Below are positions 46,046-57,433 of a DNA stretch of 62,192 nucleotides, in pieces. The notes beneath the pieces are model-generated. The model made no database searches. It was not told the origin of the DNA and saw only the letters and a list, made by a program, of their open reading frames with translations. Both the position numbers and the translations under genes were made by a program. Origin of the DNA: Vicinamibacteria bacterium (GTDB taxonomy: Bacteria; Acidobacteriota; Vicinamibacteria; Fen-336); the NCBI GenBank assembly GCA_035544515.1, contig DATKEG010000010.1, positions 1-62,192 on the forward strand. The letters run 5' to 3'. How positions within the stretch are numbered: the stretch's first letter is position 1; every line of letters begins with the position of its first letter.

Positions 46046-48867
46046 CGGCGCGCCGCCTCCGTTACCGCCACCGGGGGCAGGGTGACGGTGAACGTCGTGC
46101 CCTTGCCCGGCACGCTGTCCACGAAGATGGCGCCGCCGTGCTCCTGCACGATGCCGTAGGAGACCGCGAGGCCGAGGCCCGTGCCGCGCCCGATCCCCTT
46201 GGTGGTGTAGAACGGGTCGTAGATGCGCTTGATGTCCTCGCGCCGGATGCCCTCACCCGTGTCCTTCACCTCCACCACCACCGCGTCGTCGTCCGAGTTG
46301 GTGCTCAGGGTCAGCCACCCCCCCCGGGGCATGGCGTCGCGAGCGTTGAGGACGAGGTTGAAGAAGACCTGCTGCAGCCGGTTTTCGTTGCCGCGCACCG
46401 GCGGGAGCTGTCGGGCCAGCTCCCGGCGCACCTTGATGTGCGAGCCCTCGAGCTGGTGCTCGATCATGGAGAGCACGTCGAGCAGGACCTTGTTCACGTC
46501 GAGGGTCTCGACCTCCGCGCCCCCCGAGCGGGAAAAGTTCAGCAGGTTGTTGATGATCTTGGCCGCGCGGAAGGTCTGTTTTTCGATCTTCTCCAGGAGG
46601 GAGGCGCGCGGGTCGGCCGCGTCCACCTGGCGGCGCAGCATCTGCGTGTACGAGGAGATGCCGGTCAGTGGCGTGTTGACCTCGTGGGCGACCCCGGCGG
46701 CCAGGAGCCCGATGGACGCCATCTTCTCCGAGTGCTGGAGCTGCTCCTCGAGCCGGACGCGCGCGGTGACGTCGTCCACGATGAGGATGGTGCCGCGCCG
46801 CTCACCCGATCCGAGCTGGAAGGGGGCGACGGAGAGGTTGACCATGAGACTGCGCCCGTTGGCCGCGGGCAGGTGCAGCTTGTAGATCTGGGCGATCTCG
46901 TGATCGTCGGAGCGGCCCAGGACCAGGCTGCCCCGCAGCGCCTCCAGGAACGACGCGGGGAAGATCTCGTCCAGGCTCCTGCCCAGCACCTCGTCGCGCC
47001 CCTTGCCATAGAGGCCCTCGAGGGCGCGGTTCCAGCGCACGATCCGGTCCTCGAGGTCGAGCACGAGGATGCCCGAGTCCATGCTCTCCAGGATGTTCTC
47101 GTTGTACTCGGTGAGGCCCTGCAGCTCCTGCGCCTTCTGCCGCAGGTCCTGGTAGAGCCGGCCGTTCATGAAGGCGGTGGCGCCCTGTCCGGCCAGGGCC
47201 TGCAAGAGGTCCACCTCCTCGCTGTTCAGGGGATCGAGCGCGTCCTTGCGGCCGACGCCCAGGACCGCGATCAGCTCGCCCTTCACGCGGCAAGGGAAGT
47301 AGTGGGTGAGGTTCAGGCCGTCGACCTCGGGCACGTCCTGCGGCGAGGCCTCCGCGTTGACGTGGTGGCCCGTGGCGAGCCGGCGCAGCAGGGCCCCGTC
47401 GCCCGGGAGCCGCACGCCCTCCTCGGGCATGCCCAGGCCCTTGAACGCGCGGAAGGACCCGTCGTCCTCGGGCAGGAAGATGGCGAGCGCGCCCACCCCG
47501 AGCGCGTGGTGCACGCCCGCGAGCAGGCGCTCCGCGATGCGGTCGAGGTCGAGGTCGCTGTTGAGGTCCTGGGACAGGCGCAGCAGGCCGCGGCGGGAGT
47601 TGTAGCGCTCGCGGAAGAAGAGCCGGTCGATGCCCTCCTGCACCCGGCTCTTCACCGGCGTGAAGAGCACGATCACGAGCAGCGTGCAGAGCACGGCCAC
47701 GATGGTGACGTGCGGCTCCTCTTCCGAGGAGAGGGCCAGCTCGAACATGTTCACGGCCAGGAGGCAGATGCCGATGATGGAGGCGGTGGCCAGGGTGTAC
47801 ACGAGCGTGCGGCGGAAGATCAGCTCCACGTCCATGAGCCGGTGCTTGACCACCGCATAGGCCAGCGAGAGCGGGATGAGGGCGAGCGGGATGTAGCCGG
47901 CGAGCTCCATGGCCAGGCGGGGTTCGCGGCCGAGGGCGAAGGGAATGGCGTAGAACAGGAAGAAGGGCAGCACGCCCGCGCCCGTGCCCCACACCAGCCA
48001 TTTCATCTGCTTGCGCGCGATGAGGCTCCTCGTCTTGCGGTACGAGTCGAGGAGGACGCCGAACGACAGCGCGAACAGGACGGCGAAGTAGAGCGGCTTC
48101 CAGCGGTCGATGGCCGAGGTGATGGCCCACACCACCTCGCCGCGCGCGGTGGTGAGGAACAGGATCTGGCTGGCCACGCCCGCGCCCGCCAGCGCCAGCG
48201 CGGGGAGGTAGGAGGCGGGGACGAGCCAGAGCCGCGCGCTGGGCAGGCGCCGCTCGGGGAAGGACAGGCAGAAGTGCAGGAACACGACGGGCAGGAACAG
48301 GATGGCCAGGTTGTCCGTCCACAGCAGCGTCCAGTCCGCCAGGTTGAGCCTTCCCGTGTAGGAGGTCGAGTACATCAGGAAGAAGAGCAGGCAGATGGCG
48401 TAGAAGTGCAGCGCGGCGCGGTCGGGCGGGCGCCGCAGCATCACGATGGTGCCCACGACCAGGCTGAAGAAGCCGACGAGGGAGAGGTAATAGAACAGGC
48501 TGACGTTGCCCTGTGAGAGGGGCGTGATGGTCAGCTCCAGCGAGCGCCGCGCCGAGCCGCGAAGCACCGTGTAGGTCACCTGGCTCTCCGCGGAACGCGC
48601 GTCGAGCACGCGCTGCACGTCCGGGGCGGCCTCCACCTCCTCGCCGTCGAGCGCCAGGAGAACGTCTCCGAGGGCCACGCCGGCCTGCGCCGCGGGACCG
48701 TTCGCGGCCAGGCGTCCGGCGACCACCCCCTCGGGCGCGTCCTTCCAGAACACGCCGTCGTCGAGCAGCGTCCAGGTGGCCTTGAGGACGATGTTGTAGA
48801 CCCCGAGGCTGGCCAGAAGCAGCGCTACCGCGAGGACCGCGACGTTCTTGAGGGGGGGCCGCTTCAT
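46042..48867 (-). CDS. Sensor histidine kinase: TM - PDZ - multi-TM - GAF - PAS - HisKA - HATPase_c
   Basis: ATG 48867 (MKRPPLKNVAVLAVALLL). PDZ-like segment GVVAGRLAANGPAAQAGVALGDVLLALDGEEV. About 6 further TM helices. H-box AAGVAHEVNTPL, plus N, G1 and G2 boxes (NLVLNARDAM, DTGEGI, GTGLGL). Confidence 0.9.
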   Translation of the reverse strand: MKRPPLKNVAVLAVALLLASLGVYNIVLKATWTLLDDGVFWKDAPEGVVAGRLAANGPAAQAGVALGDVLLALDGEEVEAAPDVQRVLDARSAESQVTYTVLRGSARRSLELTITPLSQGNVSLFYYLSLVGFFSLVVGTIVMLRRPPDRAALHFYAICLLFFLMYSTSYTGRLNLADWTLLWTDNLAILFLPVVFLHFCLSFPERRLPSARLWLVPASYLPALALAGAGVASQILFLTTARGEVVWAITSAIDRWKPLYFAVLFALSFGVLLDSYRKTRSLIARKQMKWLVWGTGAGVLPFFLFYAIPFALGREPRLAMELAGYIPLALIPLSLAYAVVKHRLMDVELIFRRTLVYTLATASIIGICLLAVNMFELALSSEEEPHVTIVAVLCTLLVIVLFTPVKSRVQEGIDRLFFRERYNSRRGLLRLSQDLNSDLDLDRIAERLLAGVHHALGVGALAIFLPEDDGSFRAFKGLGMPEEGVRLPGDGALLRRLATGHHVNAEASPQDVPEVDGLNLTHYFPCRVKGELIAVLGVGRKDALDPLNSEEVDLLQALAGQGATAFMNGRLYQDLRQKAQELQGLTEYNENILESMDSGILVLDLEDRIVRWNRALEGLYGKGRDEVLGRSLDEIFPASFLEALRGSLVLGRSDDHEIAQIYKLHLPAANGRSLMVNLSVAPFQLGSGERRGTILIVDDVTARVRLEEQLQHSEKMASIGLLAAGVAHEVNTPLTGISSYTQMLRRQVDAADPRASLLEKIEKQTFRAAKIINNLLNFSRSGGAEVETLDVNKVLLDVLSMIEHQLEGSHIKVRRELARQLPPVRGNENRLQQVFFNLVLNARDAMPRGGWLTLSTNSDDDAVVVEVKDTGEGIRREDIKRIYDPFYTTKGIGRGTGLGLAVSYGIVQEHGGAIFVDSVPGKGTTFTVTLPPVAVTEAARR

Positions 48868-48968
48868 ATGGGGCTGGCCGCGCAGGTGCAATCGTCGTGC
48901 CCATGCCGATGTCCCCACCATCGTGTCAAGTCCGTGAAACACAATGGGTTTCGGCCCGCGCGCCTCCG

Positions 48969-49009
48969 TCGAATCCATTCGACCGGATCGTCAATCCGAA
49001 AATTCGGAT
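48969..49009. promoter_or_regulatory. Two AT-rich perfect palindromes upstream of the kinase/NtrC operon
   Basis: TCGAAT-CC-ATTCGA (48969..48982) and ATCCGAAAATTCGGAT (48994..49009), in an otherwise GC-rich intergenic region. Confidence 0.3.
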
Positions 49010-49026
49010 CACGCGCGGTGCCGAAA

Positions 49027-50766
49027 TCAGAATCGGACGGAGATCCCTCCGAGGAGCCTCCGCGGCGGGTTCAGCACGGCCAGCTCGTCGAGGGTCGCAC
49101 CCTCGCCGGGTTCGTAATACAGGTTGCGGACGGCCAGCAGGAAATCCCAGTCGGCGCGCGTGAGGGTGCCCAGGAACGGCAGCCCCTGGCTGAGCTGCAC
49201 GTCGAAGCGCGTGCTCGTGAGCGGGCTGAGATCGCCGCTCTCCGCGCCGGGCAGCAGGCTGTTGAAGCGGTAGAAGGCCACCAGGCGCGTGTCGCTGTCG
49301 TCGATCGCCGCTTCGAGCCGCGCCTCCACGTCGTGGAACCCGGCGTCGCGGAAGGCGAGGCTCCGCGGCACGGGCCGGGCCTCCGTGGAGCGAAGCGGGG
49401 TGGCCCGCCAACTGTGGCCGTACGTGTACGACACCGATCCGCTGAGCCCGTCCGCGAAGCGCCGTCCCAGCGTCACACCCAGGCCGCGCGCCGAGACGCG
49501 GCCCGCGTTGAAGATCCGCAGCGAGTGCGGGGAGCGTCCGCCCTCGAACGAGTTGGCGAGCTGATCGCGCACGGCCTCGTAGAACGTGTGGGCGCTGAAC
49601 CACGAGCGTCCCACCGTCTCGTGCACGCCCAACTCGACGCGGGTTCCTCGTTCGGGCTGCAGGTTCTCGCCCAGGCGCGCGAAGGCCAGCGCGGGCGCGG
49701 CGCTCAGCGTGGACAGGGCCAGCAGGTCTCCGCCCGGTACGACCGTCGTCGAGGCGAACGAAGCGATGACGCGCGAGTCCTGGTCGGGCGTGAACTCCAG
49801 CTCCAGCGACGGGTCGATCGGGTTCGCCTGCCTGAGGAACCCGATGTAGGAGAAGCGGCCGCCGAACGTGGCGGCGAGCTCGTCGGTGACCTGCCAGCGG
49901 TCGCGCACCGAAACGGCGCCGACCGTGCGGGTGCCCAGACGCCCCTGCTCGTCGAGGGGAACGGCCGAACGGAACAGGTGCGTCCCGTAGCCGGTGCCCA
50001 CCTCCACTTCGTGGCCGTCCACCGGCTCGAGCATGAAGTCGGCCACCATCCGCCACGTCGTGCCCTCGCTCTCGGCCACCAGGCCGCCGAGGCTCCAGCG
50101 GCCCGTTCCCAGTCGTCCGTTGAGGCGCACGACGCTGAAGCTGCCCGGATGGGCCTCGAGGCCCAGTGCGTTGGTGTCGACGCCCACGAACGCGGGCGTC
50201 GCCAGCAGCTCCACGCTGCCGTCGAGCGACGGCAGCAGCGTCTGCGCGTTCGGCGCGTTACCGAGCGAAGCCAGCGGGGGACCGGCGCCGGAATCCCGGG
50301 ACTCCAGGACGGACCGCGTCTTGTGGCGCAGCAGCCAGACCAGCTCGCGGGTGGCCGGCGCATCCTCCTCGAACTTGGCCGCCGCGGTGTGCGCCGCGGC
50401 CGCCGCCGCCGCCGCCAGCGGGGTGAGGGTGGTGGTGAGGATCGCGTCGCGGTCGGGCAGGACTGTGACCTTGCGCGCGCGCGCGGGCTGGTGGCCGTCG
50501 CGGAGCGCGCGTACGGTGTACGAGCCGGCCGGGAGCGAACGCACGAAATAGCGGCCGCCACTGTCGGACTGCGTCACCATCCCGCGTCCGCCCAGACCAC
50601 GGCCGAACAGCGAGATCACGGCGCCCGCCAGCGGCGCCCCATTCGGGTCCTGGACGAACCCGAGAAGGCCCCCCTCGGCCGTCTCCTGTGCGACCGCGCG
50701 GCCCTGAAGGCCGCCCGCGGCCAGGATCAGGGCCCCGGCCCACGGCCGCCAATTGCTGGTCCTCAC
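49027..50766 (-). CDS. Outer-membrane protein with an N-terminal carboxypeptidase-regulatory-like domain and a C-terminal beta-barrel
   Basis: Signal peptide. Motif GFVQDPNGAPLAGAVISL...DSGGRYFVRSLPAGSYTVRA (CarboxypepD_reg-like). The C-terminus ends in ISVRF, an aromatic terminal residue typical of OMPs. Confidence 0.75.
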   Translation of the reverse strand: MRTSNWRPWAGALILAAGGLQGRAVAQETAEGGLLGFVQDPNGAPLAGAVISLFGRGLGGRGMVTQSDSGGRYFVRSLPAGSYTVRALRDGHQPARARKVTVLPDRDAILTTTLTPLAAAAAAAAHTAAAKFEEDAPATRELVWLLRHKTRSVLESRDSGAGPPLASLGNAPNAQTLLPSLDGSVELLATPAFVGVDTNALGLEAHPGSFSVVRLNGRLGTGRWSLGGLVAESEGTTWRMVADFMLEPVDGHEVEVGTGYGTHLFRSAVPLDEQGRLGTRTVGAVSVRDRWQVTDELAATFGGRFSYIGFLRQANPIDPSLELEFTPDQDSRVIASFASTTVVPGGDLLALSTLSAAPALAFARLGENLQPERGTRVELGVHETVGRSWFSAHTFYEAVRDQLANSFEGGRSPHSLRIFNAGRVSARGLGVTLGRRFADGLSGSVSYTYGHSWRATPLRSTEARPVPRSLAFRDAGFHDVEARLEAAIDDSDTRLVAFYRFNSLLPGAESGDLSPLTSTRFDVQLSQGLPFLGTLTRADWDFLLAVRNLYYEPGEGATLDELAVLNPPRRLLGGISVRF

Positions 50767-50957
50767 TGGCCTTTCTCCGGCGGGAGGGAAGACCCGCCGC
50801 CGAATTGACGATATCCGGGGGCAAGTGCCGTGTCAACAACGCTCTGTGGCCGTTCGCCCCGCGCCCGCGCCGTGGCGTGCCTTCCCGTCGCATGTTATAA
50901 GCAATCGCGCACCATCAACGTGTTGCGCCCGCTGAAGACGGGGATTTCCGTCCGCTT

Positions 50958-51590
50958 ATGGCCAAGATCTACGATCTGACCGTTCCCCTGTCCCCCCAGC
51001 TCGCCACCTTCCCGGGCGACCCGCCGTTCCAGAGCGACCCCGTCTACCGGATCCGGGACGGGCACCCCTGCAACGTGAGCCGGCTCACGCTGGGGACGCA
51101 CGCGGGCACGCACGTCGACGCTCCGCGTCATTTCCTGGAGGACGGCGCGCGCGTGGACGAGCTGCCGTTGGAGATCCTGACCGGCAAGGCGCGGGTGGTT
51201 TCCATCCCCGCGCGGGAGGCCGTGGATCGCGCCGACCTCGAGGCGCTCGACCTGCGGGACGACTTGCGCCTGCTGATCAGGACGCGCAACTCCGGCCAGC
51301 TCCGCCAGCCGGAGTTCCGCCCGGACTTCGTGTACCTCACCCCGGAGGCCGCGAGCTACCTCGTCCAGGTCGGCATCAAGCTCGTGGGCTGGGACTACCT
51401 CTCCATCGAGAAGTTCGGCAGCCGCGACTTCCCCGCCCACCACGCCCTGCTCGGCGCGGGTGTGATCCTCGTGGAAGGCCTCGACCTCTCGCAGGTCGAG
51501 GCGGGCGAATACGAGCTGACGTGCCTGCCGTTGAAGGTGGCGGGCGGAGACGGCGCGCCCGCGCGCGTGATCGTGCGCTCGCGACCCTGA
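50958..51590 (+). CDS. Cyclase-family protein (kynurenine formamidase-like)
   Basis: 210-aa ORF with the motif GTHAGTHVDAPRHF, characteristic of the putative cyclase/arylformamidase family. Confidence 0.85.
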   Translation: MAKIYDLTVPLSPQLATFPGDPPFQSDPVYRIRDGHPCNVSRLTLGTHAGTHVDAPRHFLEDGARVDELPLEILTGKARVVSIPAREAVDRADLEALDLRDDLRLLIRTRNSGQLRQPEFRPDFVYLTPEAASYLVQVGIKLVGWDYLSIEKFGSRDFPAHHALLGAGVILVEGLDLSQVEAGEYELTCLPLKVAGGDGAPARVIVRSRP

Positions 51591-51593
51591 CGG

Positions 51594-52844
51594 ATGAAGG
51601 TCCTGTTGCCGCGCGACGTCCTGGCCGTCCTCCTGGCCGGAGGCGCGGGCGAGCGGCTCTATCCGCTCACGCGGGACCGCGCCAAGCCGGCGGTCACCTT
51701 CGGGGGGCCCTATCGGATCATCGACTTCACGCTGTCGAACTGCCTAAACTCCGGCCTGCGGAAGATCTTCATCGCCACCCAATACAAGGCGCAGAGCCTC
51801 AACCGGCACGTGCGCATGGGCTGGAGCGTGGTCAACCCCGAGCTGGAGGAGTTCATCGAGGTGCTGCCGCCGCAGAAGCGGGTGGGCGAGCACTGGTACC
51901 TGGGCACCGCGGACGCGGTGTACCAGAACCTCTATTCCATCGAGCGTGAGCAGCCGCGCTGGGTGATCATCCTGTCCGGCGACCACATCTACAAGATGGA
52001 CTACGGGAAGATGCTCGACATGCACGTCGGACGCGGAGCCGGCCTGACCGTGGCCGCGATCGAAGTGCCGCTCGCCGACTCGCGGCGCTTCGGGGTGCTG
52101 GGCGTGGACGAGGACAACCGGGTGACGGGCTTCCAGGAGAAGCCGCCCTCCGCCGCGCCCACGCCCTGGAACCCGAACGTGTGCCTGGGCTCGATGGGCA
52201 TCTACATCTTCGACACGCAGGTGCTGGCACGCGAGCTCCTCCGCGACGCCGAGGAGCCCGGGAGCAGCCACGACTTCGGCCAGGACCTCATCCCGCACCT
52301 GGTGAACGCCGGCGAGAAGGTGTACGCGTACCTCTTCTGGGACGAGAACAAGAAGGAGTCGAAGTACTGGCGGGACGTGGGCACGCTCGACGCCTACTAC
52401 GAGGCCTCCATGGACCTCGTGCAGGTCGATCCCATCTTCAACCTCTACGATCCGGACTGGCCGATGCGCACCTATCAGCCCCAGTTCCCTCCCGCGAAGT
52501 TCGTGTTCGACGAGGACGGACGCCGCGGCTCCGCCATCGACTCGCTGGTCTCCATGGGCTGCATCGTCTCCGGGAGCCAGGTCTGCCGCTCCATACTCGG
52601 CGTGGGGGTGCGGGTGCATTCCTACTGCGACCTCCAGGACACGATCGTGTTCCCCAACGCCACCGTCAACCGCCACACGCGCATCCGCAAGGCCATCATC
52701 GACCGCGGCGTGGTCGTCCCGCGCGGAGCCGTCATCGGGTACGATCCCGTGGAAGACCGCCGGCGCCACACCGTGTCCGAGGGCGGCGTGGTCGTGGTCA
52801 CGCCCGGAGAGGAATGCTTCGTGGAGGAACAGCATGCCAGGTGA
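51594..52844 (+). CDS. glgC: Glucose-1-phosphate adenylyltransferase
   Basis: LAGGAGERLYPLTRDRAKPAV N-terminal motif, FQEKP, and a C-terminal left-handed beta-helix region. Confidence 0.93.
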   Translation: MKVLLPRDVLAVLLAGGAGERLYPLTRDRAKPAVTFGGPYRIIDFTLSNCLNSGLRKIFIATQYKAQSLNRHVRMGWSVVNPELEEFIEVLPPQKRVGEHWYLGTADAVYQNLYSIEREQPRWVIILSGDHIYKMDYGKMLDMHVGRGAGLTVAAIEVPLADSRRFGVLGVDEDNRVTGFQEKPPSAAPTPWNPNVCLGSMGIYIFDTQVLARELLRDAEEPGSSHDFGQDLIPHLVNAGEKVYAYLFWDENKKESKYWRDVGTLDAYYEASMDLVQVDPIFNLYDPDWPMRTYQPQFPPAKFVFDEDGRRGSAIDSLVSMGCIVSGSQVCRSILGVGVRVHSYCDLQDTIVFPNATVNRHTRIRKAIIDRGVVVPRGAVIGYDPVEDRRRHTVSEGGVVVVTPGEECFVEEQHAR

Positions 52845-54142
<1,298 letters not shown>

Positions 54143-54143
<1 letters not shown>

Positions 54144-55696
54144 TGACCACCCCCGCTCCCGTCGTCCCCGGTCCCGTCGTCCTGCTCGTGCTCGACGGCT
54201 TCGGCGTCCGCGCCGACCGCGCGGACAACGCCTGGGCTCTCGCCCGCACGCCGAACTTCGACGCCTGGGCCGAGCGGTATCCGCACACCACGCTGGCCGC
54301 CTCGGAGCTGCGTGTCGGCCTGCCGGACGGTCAGATGGGCAACTCCGAGGTGGGCCACCTGAACCTCGGCGCGGGACGTGTGGTCTACCTGGAATCGACG
54401 CGCATCACCCTCGCCGTGCGCCGGGGCACGCTCGCGGAGAACGCGCCGATCACCGAAGCCATGGACCGCGTGCGGGTCGTGGGCGCGCTCCACCTGCTGG
54501 GCCTCGTCTCCGACGGCGGCGTGCACTCGTACCAGGAGCACCTCGAGGGGCTGCTGCGCCTGGCGCGCGAGCGGGGGACGACGCGCGTGTTCGTCCACGC
54601 CTTCCTGGACGGCCGCGACACGCCACCCGCCTCGGGTGCCGGCTACCTCGAGAAGCTGCAGGCCTTCCTGCGCGAGCAGCGCCTGGGGCGGATCGCGGTG
54701 GTCGCGGGACGCTACTACGCGATGGACCGCGACAAGCGGTGGGAACGCGTGGCGAAGGCCTGGCGGGCCATGGTGCTCGGCGAGGGGGTCCCGGCGGAGG
54801 ACCCCGTGGAGGCCGTGCGCCGGTCCTACGAGCAGGGCGTCACCGACGAGTTCGTCGTGCCCGTCGTGGTCCAGGACGGCGGCCAGCCGGTCGCGCGCGT
54901 GCGCGACGGCGACAGCGCGATCTTCTTCAACTTCCGCGCCGACCGGGCGCGGCAGCTCACGGCCGCGCTGACGCAGCCCGCCTTCGACGGCTTCCCGCGT
55001 TCGTCGGCGCCGCGGCCGCACTTCGTCTGCATGACGGAGTACGACCCGAAGCTCCGCCTCCCCGTGGCCTTCCCGCCCGTGCCCCTGAGGAACATCATGG
55101 CCGACGCGCTGGCGGCGGCTTCGCTGCCGAACCTGCGCATCGCCGAGACCGAGAAGTACGCGCATGTGACGTATTTCTTCAACGGAGGCGTGGAGAGGCC
55201 CTGGCCGGGAGAGGACCGCATCCTCATCCCCTCGGCCAAGGTCGCCACCTACGACCTCAGGCCGGAGATGAGCGCGTTCGAGATCACGGGCGCGCTCCTC
55301 GATCAGCTCGCGCTGGCCCGCCACCGCGTGGTGATCGGCAACTTCGCGAACCCGGACATGGTCGGGCACACCGGCGTCCTGCCCGCGGCCATCCGCGCGG
55401 TGGAAGTGGTCGACGAGTGCGTGGCCCGGATCGTGGAGGACGTGCTCTCACGCCGAGGCGCGGTCGTGATCACGGCCGACCACGGGAACTGCGAGCAGAT
55501 GCGTGACCCGGTCACGGGCCAGCCCCACACCGCCCACACTCTCTTCCCGGTGCCGTTCTATCTGATCCACGAGGGGGCCAGCGGCCCGCTGCGGGAGGGG
55601 GGCGCGCTGGAGGACGTGGCGCCCACCCTGCTCAGGCTCCTCGGACTGCCCAAGCCGGAGGAGATGACCGGCCGCGACCTGCGGGAAGTTCCCTGA
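54143..55696 (+). CDS. gpmI: 2,3-bisphosphoglycerate-independent phosphoglycerate mutase
   Basis: The GTG at 54143 overlaps the eno TAG. Motifs: LLVLDGFG, GQMGNSEVGHLNLGAGR, SDGGVHS, ADHGN. Confidence 0.95.
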
Positions 55697-55699
55697 CGG

Positions 55700-56017
55700 T
55701 TAGGCTTCCTCTTCCTCGACGCTGATCTTCAGCGAGCGCAGGAACTTCTTGTCGAGGGGGGTCATCTTGAAGGTGGCGGCTTCGCTCTTGTCCACCTTGA
55801 AGTCGAAGGTGGAAACCTCCGGCGCCTCGCGGCTGCCCGTGCGGCTGAAGCCGAGTGTGGCCTCGAGCACCAGCGAAACCTCGTAGCCCTCCGCCTTGAT
55901 GCGGTTGAGGCAGTGCGCGATCTGCGGCGACTCGGCGAGCGTGCGCTGGATGGTGGTGCCGAGCTCGTGGACCATGCGCTTGACGTCTTCGCTGCTGGCC
56001 GGATCCGTGCGTTCCAT
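55700..56017 (-). CDS. Hypothetical small acidic protein (105 aa)
   Basis: ATG 56017 lies downstream of a good promoter candidate. The region is lower in GC. No family recognised. Confidence 0.5.
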   Translation of the reverse strand: MERTDPASSEDVKRMVHELGTTIQRTLAESPQIAHCLNRIKAEGYEVSLVLEATLGFSRTGSREAPEVSTFDFKVDKSEAATFKMTPLDKKFLRSLKISVEEEEA

Positions 56018-56032
56018 CGGTAACCCAGCAGC

Positions 56033-56062
56033 ATTATGCGGATTGCCTCTCCGTGTTGTCAA
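56033..56062 (-). promoter_or_regulatory. Sigma70-type promoter candidate
   Basis: On the minus strand: TTGACA (56062..56057), an 18-nt spacer, then CATAAT (56038..56033). The start codon lies 15 nt downstream of the -10 element. Confidence 0.45.
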
Positions 56063-56202
56063 GAAAGGGGGGATATAAGTCACGATGGCTGCAACAAAAA
56101 GTAGCGCGCGCAGGGGGGTTCAGGGGGGAGCGCTCAAGCCGGCGTCGTCAGCAAATGCAGCGTGCTTCGCCCCGCGCGTGGGCGTCATCGCGCGTGCCCT
56201 AG

Positions 56203-57426
56203 TCAGAAGGCGAGCGCCACCGTGAGCACGAACCCGACCTGGTGCTCGGAGCGGATCGCGTACGTCGGGGCCAAAAGACGCGCTCCCGGGGGCAGCGTCC
56301 CGGGGTCGCGCACGGCGAGGAGCCGCTGGCTGCGCGCGCGCAACGCGGGCAGCGCGCCGGCCGCGCCCATCGCGCGCAGGTAGTCGGCCTGCGCGGCCGC
56401 CTCGACGCCGGTGAGGTCGACCAGTCCCGCCACGGGCGAGTACCGTTGCTCACCCGAAGGCGGCGCGCCGGCGTGATAACGGAGCGCCGCCCCCACGCGT
56501 GCGCGGCCGAAGCGCGCCTGCAATCCGCCGAGCAGGTCGAGGGGCGGCGCGTCGTCCACGGTGGCCGTCCGCGCGCCGGCCTCGAACACGGCCGAGACTT
56601 CGGCGATGGCGAAAAGCCGCGCTCCCACCGGGCGGCGCAGGCCGGCGGCCGCCTCGAAGCGGTCGGGCAGCTCCAGGGGCAGATCCTGCCGGAGCACGCC
56701 GGCGGCGTCCATGGACAACACGCGGTCGCCGTGTGGCGCCCGGCCGGTGCGCGTGTACAGCAGCGAGGCCACCAGCCGCGTGGGCCCCTCGCCCCACTCC
56801 GCGGCCAGCCGGGCGCCCACGTCGACCGCGCCCGTGCCGGCGCCGGACTGCAGGTCCGCGAGGCCGCGGGCGAGCGGCAGGGTCAGCTCGCCGGCCACCG
56901 CCAGCGCCGGCCGCGATCCGTGGGCTTCGGCGAGGCGGTACTTGACGCCGAGGAGCGCGTCGCCCCGGACCCAGTCGTCGAACCGCGCCGTGCCGCGTTT
57001 GTTGACGTACGGCACCGGCGCGTAGATGGCGTAGTGCGGGCGCGCGGGAGCGCTCGCGCCCGGCGCCACCACGAGGTCGAGGGGCGGGGGTGGCATCGCG
57101 GGCAGCTCCGGCATGGCCACGACGCGGCTCAGTACGGTCTCGCCGTAGACCTCGAGTCCGGCGCCGAGCCCCGCGGCGAAGATCACGGAACCGTCCAGCA
57201 CGTCGAGTCCCAGCGGGTCGCGGTCCCGGTTGTTCACGCCCACGCCCGCCAGCACGCGCCCGCGGCCCAGCACGCGGGCGTCCGGGATCGTGAACAGGCC
57301 GCTGCCGCGCAAGGACAACCCGGCGCCGGCGGGCTCGAGCGCGGTCGCCGCAACCTGCGCCGCCGCCGGCGCGGAGGCGAGGGCGGACAGGAGGCAGCCG
57401 GCCGCGAGCGCGAGCCGGGCGCTCAA
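56203..57426 (-). CDS. Outer-membrane beta-barrel protein, function unknown
   Basis: Signal peptide MSARLALAAGCLLSALASAPAAAQ. Alternating beta-strand pattern. The C-terminus ends in TVALAF (terminal Phe). Confidence 0.6.
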   Translation of the reverse strand: MSARLALAAGCLLSALASAPAAAQVAATALEPAGAGLSLRGSGLFTIPDARVLGRGRVLAGVGVNNRDRDPLGLDVLDGSVIFAAGLGAGLEVYGETVLSRVVAMPELPAMPPPPLDLVVAPGASAPARPHYAIYAPVPYVNKRGTARFDDWVRGDALLGVKYRLAEAHGSRPALAVAGELTLPLARGLADLQSGAGTGAVDVGARLAAEWGEGPTRLVASLLYTRTGRAPHGDRVLSMDAAGVLRQDLPLELPDRFEAAAGLRRPVGARLFAIAEVSAVFEAGARTATVDDAPPLDLLGGLQARFGRARVGAALRYHAGAPPSGEQRYSPVAGLVDLTGVEAAAQADYLRAMGAAGALPALRARSQRLLAVRDPGTLPPGARLLAPTYAIRSEHQVGFVLTVALAF

Positions 57427-57433
57427 CCGGCTC

